From Amphiscolops sp. MND2022 (lineage: Eukaryota): a stretch of DNA of 64,000 nt. Positions 59,601 through 64,000 of this stretch are shown here, in pieces. The stretch's first letter is position 1; every line of letters begins with the position of its first letter. Below the pieces are notes generated by a model. That model was not told the origin of the DNA. It did not search any database and saw nothing but the letters and a program-made list of their open reading frames with translations. A program made the position numbers and the translations under genes. The stretch lies in assembly GCA_964187785.1 (NCBI GenBank), contig OZ076414.1, forward strand, positions 26,908,001-26,972,000, in the 5' to 3' direction.

Positions 59601-62600
59601 GCCAATTTGGAGTCAGTGTCTAATCGGCCACAGCAAAGTTCAAATGTGATAGGAGACGATTTTAGGTCGTTACTAAATACAAACAGCAGGGAATTAGTGA
59701 AATTACCATTGAAACTACCAGGATGATTAGGGAGGAAATTTCTAATCAGATGTCAAGGAAATTGAACGAGATCAAAAATAGTTTGAATTTTCAAATACAA
59801 GACACGATCAGCAGCGCAATCACTGAGAAACTACCCCTTCAATTCAAAATACATTAGAAATGCAGGGGAGAGCTAATTATCCCACAATGGACCGAGGGTC
59901 CGTCGGGCTACAGGAAAGAACGAATGTAGCTAGTTCCACTATGGGAGACAGGGTGTCCAGTGAGGTACAATGGAACACCGAAGTGGATAATGGCCATATA
60001 TTATGGGAAAGTCGTTCGAAAAGGTGTTTTATACAGGAGAATAGTAGACAAATGTCTCGACAAAGTTCAGTAGAATCTTATAGTAGCGAACAAAATCGCG
60101 ACACCATCCGATATCGCTGTTTATGATTTTCAATATGAATTTTGTCTAATCTTTATCTAATCACAACATGTCAGCTACGGTTTTCTGCTATCGGTTTCCT
60201 ATAACCACAAAGTCAATCCCGAGACGACTTTCGTTACTTTTTTCCGTTGGAAGAAAAAATGATTCAACTCGAATAACATAATTTTGTTCCTAAAAAATAA
60301 TTCACGTTTTCAACGCTTTCCACGCGTATCAGCTCCACAAACCCCGGGTGGTGTACTGTTAGGTGGAAGGTTTAGGGGGCCCCCTAAACCTCACACCTAA
60401 CAGTACAACACCACATACTCTCATCAACGTCCATCGTCCGTAGTCCTTTCCACGACATATACCCCTTTTCCACTTGACATGTTCGTTTGAACGAGGAGAA
60501 AATTAATCGCAAGTTGAACGATGACTTTTCTTTGTGATGATTCATTCTCGATGAATTGAGAAAAGATCCATCGGAGATCTGAAAAAAAATGAAACGTCGC
60601 ACAAAAAAACGTCAGGTTCGTCAGTACACCCACAAACAGTTTTCACTGAGCACTTTTCTGCAAAGTTGCGCTCAACGACTTTTTATCCTTGCCATCAAAA
60701 ATGTAGAAGTCGGTGAATCAGTCTCCAATTGTTCCATTGGACCACAAGGTAGTCCATGAAAAATTATCCCGGTTCTTGTTCTTCCAATTTCACATGCGAG
60801 AAGTTATAACGCTTTTGATTTCGTTGAAAACTTCATACTGAGCGCTTTTCAATCCAGTAAGAATCATTGTAGTTTATTTCATGTTTAAAACCCTGGGACC
60901 ATATTCCTTGTCCCTCCGCGAGTTACACCTTGTTTCTTATCCCCCAACACGAAAACAACATTCTTCGGCGAATGAAAATGGTTCATTAAATTTTTGATAC
61001 ACAAAAGATTGTCCCTAGAGCTGTTTCGATGCTTGCTACAAACTATCCATACTTTTTGATTTCTTTTGACAAAAAAAAACAAAAATTCACCCCTGGAACA
61101 AGCTAAAATTGTATACGAAAGCACCTATTTTTACGCAAACTTCATCGGCCAGAACTTCAAATGAGCAAATTTTAACTGGGGATCAATGTGAAACATACAA
61201 AAAAAGAATAATTATCGACATTAGTTAATTCTTTAGACGGAATTTTCAGCGCAAACGTCGAGAGACTGGTATTTGAACTTTGTTACTTATTCCCAAGAAC
61301 GCCGCTTTAGTGAGAGATGGTCCAACCCACTTTTTGGTGACGTCACAATTTCGAATTCAATCGCTCGATGCAAAGTTTGGCAATTTCTCAAATTTTTCGA
61401 AATTCCATCTTCCTTCGTCAATACGAAGTGAATCAAGCAGTGCCGAAAATCGGGCGTCTACGGTGCTTTCTGTCTAGAACTCAAAAAATGCATTTAGTCA
61501 AACTTTTGCGTTTAGTCAAACCTGTAAACAAAAAGTTCATAGGAATTTTAAATGCTGTGAGTTGTCTATCATTCAGCATAAAGGAAATGCAGCGAAAACA
61601 AATTTCAGATGGGCAAATCATTTGGTTTTTCGTTGTTATTTTGACACAATTGTTCATACTAGCTGTTTGACTAGCTGAAATGCTCAAATAACTTCGCGAA
61701 GTCAGTTTCGCCAGGACGCAGGAGCTGAAGTTTAGAATGACGACATATATGGGCAATTTTTTCCAAAGTTATAAAATTCCAAAAAGTCTTCCGTGATTTT
61801 GTCAAAAAAATTCGAATAAGCTTTCCGGTAATACTTTCTGCACGTCGAACTACAGTGTGAAATTTCGAAGACCACGTGTCCTTAAATTGGCGGCTGTGTA
61901 TAATTGTTCAATAATTCCAAGTTAGGTAATAATTTTGGGGATGAATGATGACACTAGCTTGTCCAATTTAATGGCACAAGTATTGACTCTACCTCGGAAT
62001 ATAGTGGAGAGTTTTCTGAATGTTTTGAAAATTTGTTTTGATGTGTAACGACATCCTTACCTCCACTCCTAGTGAGAGTCAGTGCTCGTAAATGTGCGTT
62101 GTCTGATTTGAGGAAGCACGTGGCGTGGATAGTGTAGTACGGTCTGTTAATTTCACTCATTTGTGAGGTTTTTGAACTTTGAATGTAGATGATGAAAATA
62201 TGTGGTTTTTCAGTAACGGAAAACAATTTTTTAAAACCATTATTATTTGGAACGTGCTCAGACGGTCATAGATATTGCAGTCTGAAAAAAGATATCCACT
62301 TTCACAGTTTCCGCTTAGTATCCCATTCTCAATGCCTCGATTTGTCGCCGTTTCCGAGCATTTATCTGAATAGCGTATATGTGCCACGGATGAACATGTT
62401 GACTTTGCATTATCGAATGGGACAAGTGAGCCGGTAGTTTGTTCTGAGCCACGGATCTCAATGGCTCTTCAGGGCGGTGATGCGGCACGTGTTCGAGAAA
62501 GAGCGACGAAGATGCATTAGAGAATTTTAATACTGTAGTTTTCGTCTGATGGATTTAGCAACAGGCTTGTCAAGAATTTTTTCTCATGAGCTCTGCTGGG

Positions 62601-64000
62601 ATATTATTTGGAATGAGTAGTGAGTCTTCATTTGCATTTTCTCAATGTTTCCTTTCGGTTGTAGACCATTGGTGTGTGTGCTGTCTCCTTTCTGACGTGA
62701 TGACCAACGTGGCACCGGATCATTGAAATATGTCACCTGGGAAAGGAAAAAATGATTTGTCATCTATAAACGTTACTGTCGAATGATCGAATCCTCAACC
62801 TTTGTCTTCATTCGTGATGATAAAGAATTTGATTTTGTTTCATCCGTGAAAATGGGCCAGCTGTTTGATAAACAATTTCCCACATCAGCAAGGAGCACAC
62901 GAAGTGAATTAAAAGGTTCATAGGTTATCACTTCCGAATAATACAGTATTCTGTGATACCAAAACAATTAACAAATAAAAACGCTCTGCAAGAAAAAATT
63001 TCAAATTTCTCTCAGACGTTGGTCATCTTGGTTTGGGAGGTTACACACAAACAATAAATGAGTATAAGAAAATGGCGTTATCAGAATATTGAGTTTCTGG
63101 AACGGCTGTCATGATTAGTAGAACACTGGTCTAGCAGCTGTTCCTGATGATCAATGCCATCAGATGAACGATTCACCAACGTGCTGATGTTTCATTTTTC
63201 CTTGTTATTATTGCTTCGGTGACACTTTCTAAAAAATTTTGCACAGCATATTTGCTTAAACATGCTTAAACAATGAGTTAAACACAGATATTAAGCATAC
63301 ATAAAGCACGTTCTGTCCGCTGATTTTTCATGCACCGGAGGCACAGTTCGGTCGGTGACCAAAGCAATGAAAGATTGCATACTTTCAAGATTTTTCTCTG
63401 ATAAAGTTTCGTTTCACCTCCCCCTTTAGAAACATCCAGAAACGCCGCTGCTTACTACTCGAGGTAAGAAGTACTAGTCACCTAGAAAGCCCGAGGTAAC
63501 CATGATCATGCAACTGCGACCCTCATACAGAAAACTTAATTCCCTACTGAATCATGCCGCCCTGAAATGAAGTCAAACCTTGATAGGAACTAAGGCGTTA
63601 GTCACCTGGTGCTAATGAACACGAGTATCATCCTATCCATCTTTTATTTTCATGTATTCAAATGCAAAAGTCTTTCAAATTTTGATCAGCAATACAAGGA
63701 TATTTTTTGTTTTGAAATCGAATCAAAGTTTTCGAAATTATATCACGTGGTATTGAGTTTTGGAAATTTCCCAACTTTATTGCGCAATATCTCAAACTTC
63801 TAGTCGGAAAAAAGCTCCCCGATCAGCCTTGACACCATTCTTTAACTTTTATATCCAACACTTTTTCTCAATGTTTTTTTTGGAAAAATAAAAAACAGTT
63901 GTAATTCCGCCGAGTAAAAATTGAAGGACTTGGAATTTTTGATCATTTTGCGGTGTAAATTCTTATGGGAGGCATTTTCGGAAGAAGTGTTAGATTCAAA

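Larger units (their letters stand above)
43601..63730. repeat. Tandem triplication, units of about 6.7 kb (43601-50259, 50257-57004, 57002-63730)
   Basis: The anchor GTTGCTCGGTTGAAGG recurs at 43601, 50257 and 57002 (offsets 6656 and 6745), and the array ends at 63730. GTT microhomology at the junctions. Confidence 0.95.

Noticed and set aside
7572-63803. Numerous 60-130 aa ORFs in the supplied track
   Set aside because: Most are shadow frames opposite gag/pol or LTR ORFs, or recur only because of the tandem duplications; they have no independent coding evidence.

Overview
This is AT-rich eukaryotic DNA that consists almost entirely of nested, decayed Ty3/Gypsy LTR retrotransposons (domain order PR-RT-RH-IN) from three diverged but related families. 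Element C is on the minus strand (about 99-12657, plus an LTR remnant at 30818-31188). Element B is on the plus strand (12658-30812) and is inserted into the LTR at C's 5' end with a 5-bp ACTGG target duplication. Element A is on the minus strand (31721 to about 45911). Three tandem duplications overlay these: about 2.7 kb x2, 4.4 kb x2 and 6.7 kb x3. There is also a 268-bp perfect palindrome. The most striking observation is an accessory module between pol and the 3' LTR. All three families carry a large gene ANTISENSE to gag-pol. In A and C it is interrupted by GT-AG introns, and both share an exactly 135-nt phase-0 exon. Its protein has a disordered N-terminus, a C-x2-C-x16-H-x5-H zinc finger (seen in A and B) and a body that resembles, by eye, a catalytically dead hAT transposase. 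A and C also carry a small Cys-containing sense ORF that runs across the PPT into U3, in a nef-like position. The gag ORF appears to begin about 125-210 codons inside the LTR and read through the PBS, and an A-AAA-AAC slippery site marks the gag/pol junction. All copies here are pseudogenised (stops, frameshifts, deletions). No host gene, RNA gene or CRISPR array is supported. All homologies were judged by manual translation, not by database search.
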